NCBI GenBank assembly: GCA_965218435.1
Contig: CBDCKW010000009.1
Span: 384,001-448,000 of the forward strand
Length of the DNA: 64,000 nucleotides
Source: Truepera sp.
Lineage (GTDB): Bacteria; Deinococcota; Deinococci; Deinococcales; Trueperaceae
Direction of reading: 5' to 3'
Shown piece after piece: positions 56,144 through 64,000 of the stretch. Position 1 is the stretch's first letter, and each line of letters starts with the position of its first letter. Position numbers and translations under genes: made by a program. Below the pieces are notes generated by a model. That model was not told the origin of the DNA and did no database searches. It was given only the letters and a program-made list of their open reading frames with translations.

Positions 56144-57085
56144 CTATAGCCCCAATCCTTTTAGAAACGTTCGGTTGCGCGTGGCACTCTCTTCCGGCGT
56201 ACCGAGCCCCGGCAGCATATCTTGCTCGACGGTCAGCCAGCCTTCATAACCGAGTCCGTTGAGTTTCTCGAGCACGTCGCCAAAGTCAACGCAGCCCTTG
56301 CCCAATTCGCAAAAAATCCCCCGTTCTAAAGCCCTTTTATAGTCCCATCCTTCCCGACGTGCCTGGGCTGCTAAGGTCGGCTCGAGGTCTTTAAGGTGAA
56401 CGTACTTAATGCGGTTTCGGAAGCGTTCCAATCCCTCTAAAACCGTTTCCGGGTTGCTCGAGCCGCTCCCGTAAAGATAATGCCCGGTGTCGAACACCAA
56501 GCCTACCAACTCAGGGTCGGTGAGGGCTAAAAAGCGGGCAATCTCTTCAGGCGTTTCGACAAATCCGGCGCAGTGGTGGTGAAAAACGGTTTGGAGTCCG
56601 GTTTCTTCGAGCACAGCTCTTGCTACAGCGTTTGCCTTCTCCGCGAAGGTCTGCATCTCGGCGTCTGAAAGCTTCATCTCTGACGTGACGCGTCCAGCAT
56701 TCTGAAATCGCAGCGGGTCGCGGCTGTGAACGTCGGCTAGAACAAGGTACGGTTGCCAGTTCAGGTCACCTACGTCCGCCACGCTCTTTAAGAGGTGTGC
56801 GACAGTGAGGGCGCGGTGTTTGCCTTCGGCTAATGCAGCAGAGTCGGCAAGAGCAACGTCTACATATGCGCCCAACATGGTGAGGCCCCTGACCTCCAAC
56901 TCTCGCCGTAAAACGCCCGCGTCCGTCGGCATAAAGCCGTAATCCCCGAGTTCAGTACCCGTATACCTCGCCGCCACGAGTTCGTCTAACATCTGCGTGT
57001 AGGGGATACGTTCAGCCTCCGTGCCGGTGCCTTCGATGGTGCCCCACGAACAAGGGGCGTTACCGAGTTTGAACCGCGTCACCAT
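56144..57085 (-). CDS. iolE: Myo-inosose-2 dehydratase-like TIM-barrel protein
   Basis: 'NAPCSWG', 'GTELG', 'FHHHCAGFVET', 'DTGH', 'HLKD', 'VEQD'. Confidence 0.8.
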   Translation of the reverse strand: MVTRFKLGNAPCSWGTIEGTGTEAERIPYTQMLDELVAARYTGTELGDYGFMPTDAGVLRRELEVRGLTMLGAYVDVALADSAALAEGKHRALTVAHLLKSVADVGDLNWQPYLVLADVHSRDPLRFQNAGRVTSEMKLSDAEMQTFAEKANAVARAVLEETGLQTVFHHHCAGFVETPEEIARFLALTDPELVGLVFDTGHYLYGSGSSNPETVLEGLERFRNRIKYVHLKDLEPTLAAQARREGWDYKRALERGIFCELGKGCVDFGDVLEKLNGLGYEGWLTVEQDMLPGLGTPEESATRNRTFLKGLGL

Positions 57086-57882
57086 ACGTCCTCATTTGAG
57101 ACCGGAAACCCTTGTGAGCGCCGCTCAGCGTCTAAAACGAGACTGTAAGCCCGCCGTAAACTGCTCTCCGCGTCACCGGTAGGGACAAACTCGTGACTAA
57201 TAAAGCCGTTGTAGCCGCTTTCGGCAATAGCTTGAAACACCGCCGGATAATTGATTTCCTGTGCGCTATTTAGCTCATGGCGTCCGGGATTGCCCGCTGT
57301 GTGAATATGCCCGAACGCGCCGTGATGGTTTTGAATCGTCCGGATGAGGTCGCCCTCCATAATCTGCATGTGGTAGATGTCGTAAAGCAGTTTGACGTTT
57401 GCCGAGCCCGTGAGTTCTAAAACGTCAACGCCCCAAGCTGTGTGGTCGCCCGCATAGTCCGGATGGTCAACGCGGCTGTTGAGCAGCTCGAGCAAAAGCG
57501 TCATCCCCACACCTTCCGCGAGCGGTGCGAGGCGGCGCAGTCCTTCCGCCGTAATCTCGGCGCTCTCCTCGTCACTCTGCTCGTTCCGGTTGCCGCTAAA
57601 ACAGATGAGGTTGGGAATCTGCCAGCGTTCAGCAAGCCGTAAAGCTGCTTCGGTCTCCTGAACGATGCCGTCGTGATAGTCGCGGTGATTTAAGCCCCGT
57701 TCCAAACTCTCGTGTGCTCGGTGCGTCGTAATGTCTAAGCCCATCGCACGGGCTACCGGAAAGAGAGTTTCGTCAAGCAGTTCTACGCCGTCGTAGCCGA
57801 TTTCGGCGGCGCGGCGCAGGAGCGTTTCGGGGTCGGTTTTGGGGGTATAAAAACTCCACCAGGTGAATGATTGTTTGAGCAT
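57079..57882 (-). CDS. Hydroxypyruvate isomerase family protein
   Basis: 'ICFSGNR', 'ELLNSRVDHPDY', 'LYDIYHMQIMEGD', 'HTAGNPGRHE'. Confidence 0.88.
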   Translation of the reverse strand: MLKQSFTWWSFYTPKTDPETLLRRAAEIGYDGVELLDETLFPVARAMGLDITTHRAHESLERGLNHRDYHDGIVQETEAALRLAERWQIPNLICFSGNRNEQSDEESAEITAEGLRRLAPLAEGVGMTLLLELLNSRVDHPDYAGDHTAWGVDVLELTGSANVKLLYDIYHMQIMEGDLIRTIQNHHGAFGHIHTAGNPGRHELNSAQEINYPAVFQAIAESGYNGFISHEFVPTGDAESSLRRAYSLVLDAERRSQGFPVSNEDVW

Positions 57883-57910
57883 TAGAGGCTAACTACCTGA
57901 GATAAAGTTA

Positions 57911-58507
57911 TCACGTTTCACCATACGCCGACGATAGAAAGGTCCAGCTTGGGAACGTCTCTTCGAGGTAAGGAAGATGTTGATTCCAGCGTTCAGCTGA
58001 ACAAGTTTTTATGGGTAAAAGGGTCGGGCGCATCTGCTCGAGCCGATACCCCCAGCTAAACCTGGCGATAGTTTCAACCGTGCGCGTTCTGCCGACATCG
58101 GGACAAATCGCAAGAAACGTTTCAGCTAGCCAGGTTTCATCAGAACGGGGCGGATTGGGGCCGGGAGCGTCGAACATGGTGGGTTTCTCACCGAACGGCG
58201 TAAATGGCAGCTCGAGGCCGTGCTGATTCGGCGTCTGGTCTATCGCCGTCCGCGTTTCTCCAGAGAGCGTATCGTTGACCGTAATGAGCTGAATCCAACC
58301 CATCGTCGCGTAGTAACCGGGGCCTTCATACTCAATCTCAGCCTCGCAAACAGGAAAACCTTTGATGAGTTCCAAGTCAAAGGGTAAATTGAGCAGACCG
58401 AAACCCCAAGCTTGCGGGTTCGTATTCGCTTCGTAGTGGACAACCACGCGTCCTGAAAAACCGCGCAAGCTAAACGGCATCGTTAAAGCTGGGCCTTCTG
58501 AAAACAT
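57911..58507 (-). CDS. Hypothetical protein inserted in the iol cluster
   Basis: About 200-aa ORF ('GFPVCEA', 'GWIQ', 'FDAP', 'FSWGY'); start uncertain (58540/58507/58480). Confidence 0.65.
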   Translation of the reverse strand: MFSEGPALTMPFSLRGFSGRVVVHYEANTNPQAWGFGLLNLPFDLELIKGFPVCEAEIEYEGPGYYATMGWIQLITVNDTLSGETRTAIDQTPNQHGLELPFTPFGEKPTMFDAPGPNPPRSDETWLAETFLAICPDVGRTRTVETIARFSWGYRLEQMRPTLLPIKTCSAERWNQHLPYLEETFPSWTFLSSAYGET

Positions 58508-58549
58508 CTTAGTTCTCGAGCCCCCAACTTTGCACTGCACCGAACCCGT

Positions 58550-59557
58550 TCACAACGTAATCTCCGAAACCTCAACCGGACGGTTTTCTTTAAGGCTTTT
58601 CGTTGCTGCTAAGGCTAATCGGAGAGCTTCAAGCGCATCCTCAGCTCCCGGCGTCGGTGCTTGACCTGCTTTTACGGCGTCTACAAACGCTTGCACCTCG
58701 GCGCGGTAGGCGTCCCGGAAACGCTCGAGAAAATAGTACACGTAATCGCCCTGAATCCCGGCCTCACCGTATTTCCACACCGGCGTCGCCCGCTCCGCTT
58801 CGGTGACGAGTTTGCCGCGTTCACCGTGAACCTCGACGCGGAGGTCGTAGCCGTGGACGGTACGGCGGCTGTTTTGAATCACGCCGATTGCGCCTGAAGT
58901 GAACTCGAGGGTCAAAATACTCGTGTCAACGTCGCCGTGCGCCTCCATGTACGGAGCCACGAGCACCCGCCCGAGTGCCGTCACCCGCGTCACGTCGCCC
59001 AGCATAAAGCGGGCGATGTCAAGGTCGTGGATGACCGAATCAATAAACATCCCGCCTGAAGTCTCAACGTAGCTTTCCGGCGGCGGGGTCGGGTCGGACG
59101 ACTGCGAGCGGAACATCTCGGGGCGGCCCAGCTCACCGGCGTGAATGGCCCGCGCCACCTCCCGAAAACCCGCGTCGAAGCGGCGGTTGAAGCCGATTTG
59201 GAAGGGGACGCCCGCCGCGTTGACGGCGTTTAGCGCGTCCTGCGTCGTCTTAAGCTCGAGCGCGACGGGTTTCTCGCAAAAAATGGCTTTGCCCGCCTCA
59301 GCTGCCGCCGTAATCTGCTCCGCGTGAAGCGTCGTCGGTGAGGCGATAAGTACGGCGTCTACACCCGGATAGGCCAGCAGTTCGTCAGCGTTTTGTAAAG
59401 CGACGGCCCCGCCGTAAGCCGCCTTTTGCGCCGCGTCCGGATTCGCGTCCATCACCGCGACGAGGTGTGCCCCGTCAATACTGCCTGCCAAATTACGGGC
59501 GTGAAGTGCGCCGATACGCCCTGCGCCGATTACGCCAAAGCCTAAAGAATGTGTCAA
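58550..59557 (-). CDS. iolG: Inositol 2-dehydrogenase
   Basis: 'IGAGRIG', 'CEKP', 'GFNRRFD', 'IHDLD', 'GYDLRVE'. Confidence 0.88.
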   Translation of the reverse strand: MTHSLGFGVIGAGRIGALHARNLAGSIDGAHLVAVMDANPDAAQKAAYGGAVALQNADELLAYPGVDAVLIASPTTLHAEQITAAAEAGKAIFCEKPVALELKTTQDALNAVNAAGVPFQIGFNRRFDAGFREVARAIHAGELGRPEMFRSQSSDPTPPPESYVETSGGMFIDSVIHDLDIARFMLGDVTRVTALGRVLVAPYMEAHGDVDTSILTLEFTSGAIGVIQNSRRTVHGYDLRVEVHGERGKLVTEAERATPVWKYGEAGIQGDYVYYFLERFRDAYRAEVQAFVDAVKAGQAPTPGAEDALEALRLALAATKSLKENRPVEVSEITL

Positions 59558-59569
59558 CGTCTATATCCT

Positions 59570-61447
59570 TTACTTAAATACGGTCTGCTTTTTCTTGTCT
59601 TGTTCGTACTGACGGCGCTTTTCTCTTACACTCTCGGACTCTGACACCTCTGCCACCGGAACGTCCCACCAGCCGCCGAACGCGTAACCGCCGACGCGTT
59701 TTTCAGGATTGACCTCTACGACGACGACGTTCACGCCCTTACGCGACTTGGCCTCTTGTAACGCCTGCTGAAAGTCGGTTTCGGTGCGGGTATAGACGGC
59801 GTGTGCCCCCATCGCAGCGGCGTGAGCGCGGTAGTCCACTGGGATGTAAGGGCCGTCTAACAGGTTTTGAGCGTTGCGAGAACGCAGCTCGAGCCCGAAG
59901 TGCGGCGTCCCCGTCGAGCGTTGCAAGCCGTGAATACTCTGGTAGCCGTGGTTGTCCACTAGAACAATGGTAAGGTCTAGCGCCTCAGCAACTGCCGTGA
60001 CGATTTCGGAGTTCAGCATCAGGTACGAACCGTCACCGATCATCACTATGACGTCACGCTCCGGTTCAGCTAGTTTGACGCCGAGCCCTGCCGGAATCTC
60101 GTAGCCCATACACGAGTAGCCGTACTCGACGTGGTAACCGCGCGGGTCGCGGGTCCGCCAGAGTTTGTGCAAATCACCGGGCATACTGCCAGCGGCGCAG
60201 ATCATGGCGGCATCTTTGCCCATGACTTCATTGACCATGCCGATCACTGCACCTTGCGCCAAATCTTCAGGGTCGTCCACCGTAAAAATCTCGTTTACGG
60301 TACCGTCCCATGTTTGTTTGAGTTCGGTGATCTTTTTACGATAGCTTTCAGTGGTGCCTGTGTAGCTTTGCAGGCTTGAGGAGAGGGACTCGAGCCCCCG
60401 TTTTGCGTCTCCCACAAGTGGCAACGCAAAAAGCTTATGCGCGTCTAACGGTGACACATTGAGCCCGATAAAGGTTGCCTCCGGCCCAAAGGTCGTTTTC
60501 GAGCCGGTCGTAAAGTCGGCGAGCCGAGTACCGATAGCGAGCACTACGTCGGCCTCAACCGCTAATTGATTCGCGGCGCTTCCGCCCGTCGCCCCGACTG
60601 CGCCAACGTTCATGGGATGGTTCCAGGGGACGCCGCCCTTGCCCGCTTGCGTCTCTCCTATAGGAATGCCGTACCGCTCGGCAAAGTTGGCTAGGGCTTC
60701 GCTCGAGCCGCTATATTTGACGCCGCCGCCCATCACGATAAAAGGGCGTTCGGCATTTTTGAGAAGTTCTGCTGCTTGTTCAACCAGCTCAGGTTCGACC
60801 GGCGGACGGCGTACCCGCCACACTCGTTTGGCGAACATGCTCTCAGGCCACTCGAAAGCTTCAGCCTGCACGTCTTCAGGTAGAGAAATCGTCACCGCGC
60901 CGGTTTCGGCGGGGTCGGTCAAAACGCGCATGGCTTCGGGTAGTGCGCTGAGGAGCTGTTCAGGGCGTGAGATGCGGGTATAAAACCTCGAGACCGGCCG
61001 GAAGATGTCGTTGATGCTCAGGTCGTGTTCAGTAGGGTGCTCGAGCCCCTGTAACACCGGGTCGGGGATTCGGTTAGCAAAAAAGTCCGAGGGTAGTAAG
61101 AGCACCGGCAAACGGTTAATGGTGGCGAGCGCCGCGCCGGTGACCATGTTCGAGCTGCCGGGGCCGACGGACGCGGTACAGGCGAAGGTTGACAACCGGT
61201 TCTTGTGCCGAGCGTAGGCGGCGGCGAGATGGACTTGTCCCTGTTCATTTTGCGGGCGGTAAAAGGGCATCACGCTTGGGTCGGTGTCAGCCAGAGCTTG
61301 CCCCAGCCCCGCGACGTTGCCGTGACCGAAGATGCCCCAGGTTCCGGCGATGAGGCGCTGCTCTGCGCCGTCTCGCTCTGAATACTGCACGCTTAAAAAC
61401 CTGACGAGCGCCTGCGCAACCGTCAAACGGATAGATGGTTGGGTCAT
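59570..61447 (-). CDS. iolD: 3D-(3,5/4)-trihydroxycyclohexane-1,2-dione acylhydrolase
   Basis: 'RLTVAQALVRFL', 'IFGHGNVAG', 'YHVEYGYSCMGYEI', TPP motif 'GDGSYLM', 'WWDVPV'. Confidence 0.97.
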   Translation of the reverse strand: MTQPSIRLTVAQALVRFLSVQYSERDGAEQRLIAGTWGIFGHGNVAGLGQALADTDPSVMPFYRPQNEQGQVHLAAAYARHKNRLSTFACTASVGPGSSNMVTGAALATINRLPVLLLPSDFFANRIPDPVLQGLEHPTEHDLSINDIFRPVSRFYTRISRPEQLLSALPEAMRVLTDPAETGAVTISLPEDVQAEAFEWPESMFAKRVWRVRRPPVEPELVEQAAELLKNAERPFIVMGGGVKYSGSSEALANFAERYGIPIGETQAGKGGVPWNHPMNVGAVGATGGSAANQLAVEADVVLAIGTRLADFTTGSKTTFGPEATFIGLNVSPLDAHKLFALPLVGDAKRGLESLSSSLQSYTGTTESYRKKITELKQTWDGTVNEIFTVDDPEDLAQGAVIGMVNEVMGKDAAMICAAGSMPGDLHKLWRTRDPRGYHVEYGYSCMGYEIPAGLGVKLAEPERDVIVMIGDGSYLMLNSEIVTAVAEALDLTIVLVDNHGYQSIHGLQRSTGTPHFGLELRSRNAQNLLDGPYIPVDYRAHAAAMGAHAVYTRTETDFQQALQEAKSRKGVNVVVVEVNPEKRVGGYAFGGWWDVPVAEVSESESVREKRRQYEQDKKKQTVFK

Positions 61448-62457
61448 GCTGGAACCTTCTCTGAAAACGTTGTAACTTGAACGGTTTGGTTGTTCGTAAG
61501 CGCGTACTGCGCAGCCAACGCCAATTTAAGAGTCTTTGTAGCGTCTTCTGCGTTGGGAGAAACGGGGCGGTTTTCAAGTAGACATAAAGCGAACGCCCTG
61601 AGTTCAGCCGTATAAGCCGCCAAAAACCGCTCTTCAAAGTTCTGCGGGCCGCGCGTGATTGCGCCTTCGGCAGTGTAGCGGGTCAGATGTAGGGGCGAGG
61701 TCATCTCGAGCTGTAATCTACCCCTTTCACCGAGTATGTCCGCGCGAATCTCATAGCCGTAAACGGTGTAGAGGCCCAGCTCGAGCGTTCCCAACACGCC
61801 GTTTTCAAACCGGACGGTAGCGACGGCGCTGTCGAACAGGCCGTACTCCGCTAATTCCGGCATCCTCTGAACCGAACCCGTCGCGTGAACCTCAGCGACT
61901 TCACCGACCAAAAAACGCATCGTGTCGAGGTCGTGAATCCCTAAGTCGAGCATCAACCCACCGGACGTTTTAAGAAACTCGAGCGGCGGCGGCGCAGGGT
62001 CCCTGGACACGCCCCTGAATGTCAGCAGCTGACCGAGTTCACCTGCTGTAATGGCCCGCTTTGCCTCGATATACGCCGGGTCAAAACGGCGCTGAAAGCC
62101 TACCTGACACTGGACTTGTGCTTTTTGAACGGCCTGAAGCACATCTTGTGCTTCCGTCAGCGTTGCCGTGAGAGGCTTTTCAACAAAGATATGCTTGCCA
62201 GCTTCCGCCGCTTTTTGAATCAGCGCCGCGTGGGTCGGTGTCGGCGCGGTGATGAGTACAGCGTCTAGTTCAGGGTCGGCGAGGGTTTCCTCGAGCGTTT
62301 TTACGGCGACGCCTAAAGTTTCAGCGAGACGCGCCGCGTTTTCTGCTACGGGGTCGCAGACGGCGCGAAGCTCGAGCTCCGGCACCGCTCTCAGCGCCTT
62401 GGCGTGCGTCTGCGCCATCCGTCCGGCCCCGACAAGTGCAGCACTGACTTTACGCAT
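61444..62457 (-). CDS. Second inositol dehydrogenase-like Gfo/Idh/MocA oxidoreductase
   Basis: 'VGAGRMA', 'EKPL', 'GFQRRFD', 'IHDLD'. Confidence 0.88.
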   Translation of the reverse strand: MRKVSAALVGAGRMAQTHAKALRAVPELELRAVCDPVAENAARLAETLGVAVKTLEETLADPELDAVLITAPTPTHAALIQKAAEAGKHIFVEKPLTATLTEAQDVLQAVQKAQVQCQVGFQRRFDPAYIEAKRAITAGELGQLLTFRGVSRDPAPPPLEFLKTSGGLMLDLGIHDLDTMRFLVGEVAEVHATGSVQRMPELAEYGLFDSAVATVRFENGVLGTLELGLYTVYGYEIRADILGERGRLQLEMTSPLHLTRYTAEGAITRGPQNFEERFLAAYTAELRAFALCLLENRPVSPNAEDATKTLKLALAAQYALTNNQTVQVTTFSEKVPA

Positions 62458-63277
62458 GGGACTCGGTTACGTCTTGCTCATTATCCCGTTCAAACTCCCT
62501 GATTTCGGCCTCGAGGTCAGACAGTTCTTGCCCGCCCGCCATCATCTCCAACACCTCTTCACGGCTCACGTCGGACTTGCGGAAGGTGCCGTAGCTCTGC
62601 CCGCGCTTTAAGATGGTAAAGGCGTCGGCCACCGGATAGGCGTGATGGACGTTGTGCGTGATAAAAATGACGGCGAGTCCCTTCGCCTTAGCCTGCGCGA
62701 TGTAGCGCAGCACCACGCCCGCTTGTTTGACGCCTAACGCCGAGGTCGGTTCGTCTAAGATCAAAACTTTGGCCCCGAAGTAAACCGCTCGAGCAATCGC
62801 CACACACTGCCGCTCCCCACCCGACATTGTACCGACCGCCTGACCGGGGTCGCGTACGTCAATCTCCATCTTGCGCAGCTCTTCACGTACCGTTTCCTCA
62901 GCCTTGCTCAGGTCAAAACGCCTGAGCGGTCCCCAGCCTTTTGTGGGTTCACGGCCCATAAAAAAGTTGCGGGTGACGCTCATCAGCGGTTGAATCGCCA
63001 GATGTTGATGTACCGTCGCAATCCCTGCGTCGAGTGCATCTTTGGGTGAATGAAAATGGACGGTACGCCCCTCAACCGAAATCTGCCCGCTGCTGGGTTC
63101 ATGGACCCCAGAAAGTGTTTTGATGAGCGTAGATTTACCTGCGCCGTTATCGCCTAACAAGCACATGACTTCACCGGCGGCGACCTTCATCGAGATGTCT
63201 TGGAGCGCGATCACCGATCCGAAGAACTTCGACAGCTCGCTGACTTCGATAAGCGGGGCGTCAGGGGCGCGGGTCAT
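62450..63277 (-). CDS. Sugar (inositol) ABC transporter ATP-binding protein
   Basis: 'GDNGAGKST', 'MSGGERQ', '[10 protein letters not shown]'. Confidence 0.93.
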   Translation of the reverse strand: MTRAPDAPLIEVSELSKFFGSVIALQDISMKVAAGEVMCLLGDNGAGKSTLIKTLSGVHEPSSGQISVEGRTVHFHSPKDALDAGIATVHQHLAIQPLMSVTRNFFMGREPTKGWGPLRRFDLSKAEETVREELRKMEIDVRDPGQAVGTMSGGERQCVAIARAVYFGAKVLILDEPTSALGVKQAGVVLRYIAQAKAKGLAVIFITHNVHHAYPVADAFTILKRGQSYGTFRKSDVSREEVLEMMAGGQELSDLEAEIREFERDNEQDVTESHA

Positions 63278-64000
63278 TTGGCCTCCGTCGCACGTCTGCG
63301 AATAAAGTTGTTAAAGACAACGGCAATCAGCAGCATCGCGCCCAAAAAGACCTGAAACCAGTCGGTATTGACGCCGGTAAAAAAGATGCCTTGCTGCACC
63401 ATGCCGAAGATCAGCGCCCCGAACACTGCGCCGATGGCTGAACCGTAACCACCTGTGAGCAAACACCCGCCGATGACGGCGGCGATAATGGCCTCGAACT
63501 CTTTACCGGTGCCCCTAGTTACGTCAGCGGAGCCGAAATCAAGAACTTGGAGCGCGGCAAAGATCGTTGCAGAAACCGCTGTTCCCATAAAGAGGGCGAT
63601 GCGGACGCGGCTCACCGGCACGCCTGAGTTACGCGCCGCCTCGGGGTCGCCGCCGACGCCGAAAATCCAGTTGCCGGGGCGCGTTTTAGTCAGTATCCAG
63701 GTCGCCACCGCAGCTAATACTAGCCACCAGTAGACCGATACGGGGATGCCAAAGACGTTGCCGATAAAAAGCTGGGCAAGCGGGTCGGACTCTGCTACTG
63801 TTTTGAGACCTGAAACCTGCGTGCGTCCGGTGATGAGGCGGGTTGCGCCGATGGTCAGGCCGCGCAAGATAAAGAGCGACGCCAGCGTCACGATAAACGA
63901 GGGCAACCGGGTCCGGTTGACGATGACGCCGTTCAGTAGCCCCACGAGCAGCGCAAAGGCAAAGGCAAGCAAGATCGCGGCCCACACGGGCCAATTGTAG
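63274..64000 (-). CDS. Sugar (inositol) ABC transporter permease, 5'-truncated by the window edge
   Basis: 'LPSFIVTL', '[18 protein letters not shown]', '[16 protein letters not shown]'. Confidence 0.92.
   Translation of the reverse strand, partial: YNWPVWAAILLAFAFALLVGLLNGVIVNRTRLPSFIVTLASLFILRGLTIGATRLITGRTQVSGLKTVAESDPLAQLFIGNVFGIPVSVYWWLVLAAVATWILTKTRPGNWIFGVGGDPEAARNSGVPVSRVRIALFMGTAVSATIFAALQVLDFGSADVTRGTGKEFEAIIAAVIGGCLLTGGYGSAIGAVFGALIFGMVQQGIFFTGVNTDWFQVFLGAMLLIAVVFNNFIRRRATEAK

Overview
GC-rich bacterial chromosomal segment, most likely Deinococcota (Trueperaceae-like). This assignment is inferred from TANNNT -10 boxes sitting directly before start codons, an HflX with the long N-terminal extension, and strong CTCGAG enrichment. 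Conventional content: ABC exporters, glf/GT2/flippase, a UPF0175-PIN toxin-antitoxin pair, purQ, psuG, hflX, pncB, thiolase, MFS transporters, an IS200-like element, an M42 peptidase and a myo-inositol (iol) catabolic cluster. I recognised no rRNA, tRNA or CRISPR array. Main observations: (1) Two unannotated mini-operons (37661-38102 and 42661-42969, minus strand) encode five tiny peptides, four of them exactly 19 aa with an ETPSS core. Each peptide has a strong SD. Each operon has a promoter with 11-bp-periodic SARP-type boxes and a terminator. The two operons flank a BTAD-NB-ARC-TPR regulator and lie next to paralogous MFS exporters, making this a candidate new peptide signalling or effector system. 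(2) An spt-bCerS-CPBP-reductase-GT28 operon suggests (glyco)sphingolipid synthesis. (3) A dense co-oriented DnaA-box cluster is written into the 5' coding region of iolB. (4) hflX probably starts at an ATA codon. All product calls come from motif recognition by eye, not database searches.
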